The notes beneath the pieces are model-generated. The model was not told the DNA's origin and searched no databases. It saw only the letters and a program-made list of their open reading frames with translations. Of a stretch of DNA of 64,000 nucleotides, positions 63,780 to 64,000 are shown in pieces. The stretch's first letter is position 1. Each line of letters begins with the position of its first letter. The translations under genes and the position numbers were made by a program. This DNA comes from Eutreptiella sp. 'Long Island Sound 2002' (taxonomy: Eukaryota; Protista; Euglenida), in assembly GCA_964036045.1 (NCBI GenBank), contig OZ038378.1, positions 180,048,001 through 180,112,000 on the forward strand. The letters run 5' to 3'.

Positions 63780-64000
63780 ACCCCCCCCCCCTTTGAAATC
63801 TCCCCACCAAAATTGTGATGGTTCCCCCCTTGGGGTTTGGGGGGGGCGGGGTTGCACCACACAATGGTAGCACTAAGACCACAGCAGTTCCAGTATAATC
63901 AAAAGAATCTTCAATACTTAGTATTTCCTCTGGTTTTTTGGCCAAGTGACAGTTAGCCGCCCCTAGTGGTGGGGGGGACCGTCACTTGGCCAAAAAACCT
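63780..64000. repeat. CCGTCACTT foldback family member with 19-bp perfect inverted repeat
   Basis: ggttttttggccaagtgac (63932-63950) / gtcacttggccaaaaaacc (63981-63999); also shares a block with 7400-7430 in reverse. Confidence 0.75.

Overview
This is repeat-rich eukaryotic DNA. A protist, probably a euglenid or other euglenozoan, is inferred from GT-N-Y-G donor sites and spliced-leader-like motifs; the sequence alone does not prove this. One large + strand gene dominates the window: a WDR62/MAPKBP1-family WD40 protein. I traced it by hand through 32 phase-consistent GT-AG exons from 12155 to 51237 (5385 nt, about 1794 codons plus stop), with a possible extra first exon at 11509-11577. The introns and flanks are full of transposon debris. 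This includes a 5'-truncated L1/Tx1-like LINE with an RT thumb, a zf-RVT zinc finger and a cellular-type RNase H1, followed by an orphan ORF. It also includes several decayed RT, endonuclease and RNase H fragments, and two PIF/Harbinger-like elements with 3-bp target-site duplications. A pogo-like transposase tail carries a conserved VWAK (PWWP/Tudor-like) domain, and related sequences occur at three places. MITE-like foldbacks, SINE-like repeats and microsatellites are also present. Downstream of the WD40 gene lie a small intronless single-TM ORF preceded by a possible spliced-leader relic and an SH3BGR-like processed pseudogene. Most ORFs in the supplied track are shadows of repeats. All family calls come from motif recognition by eye; no database searches were run.
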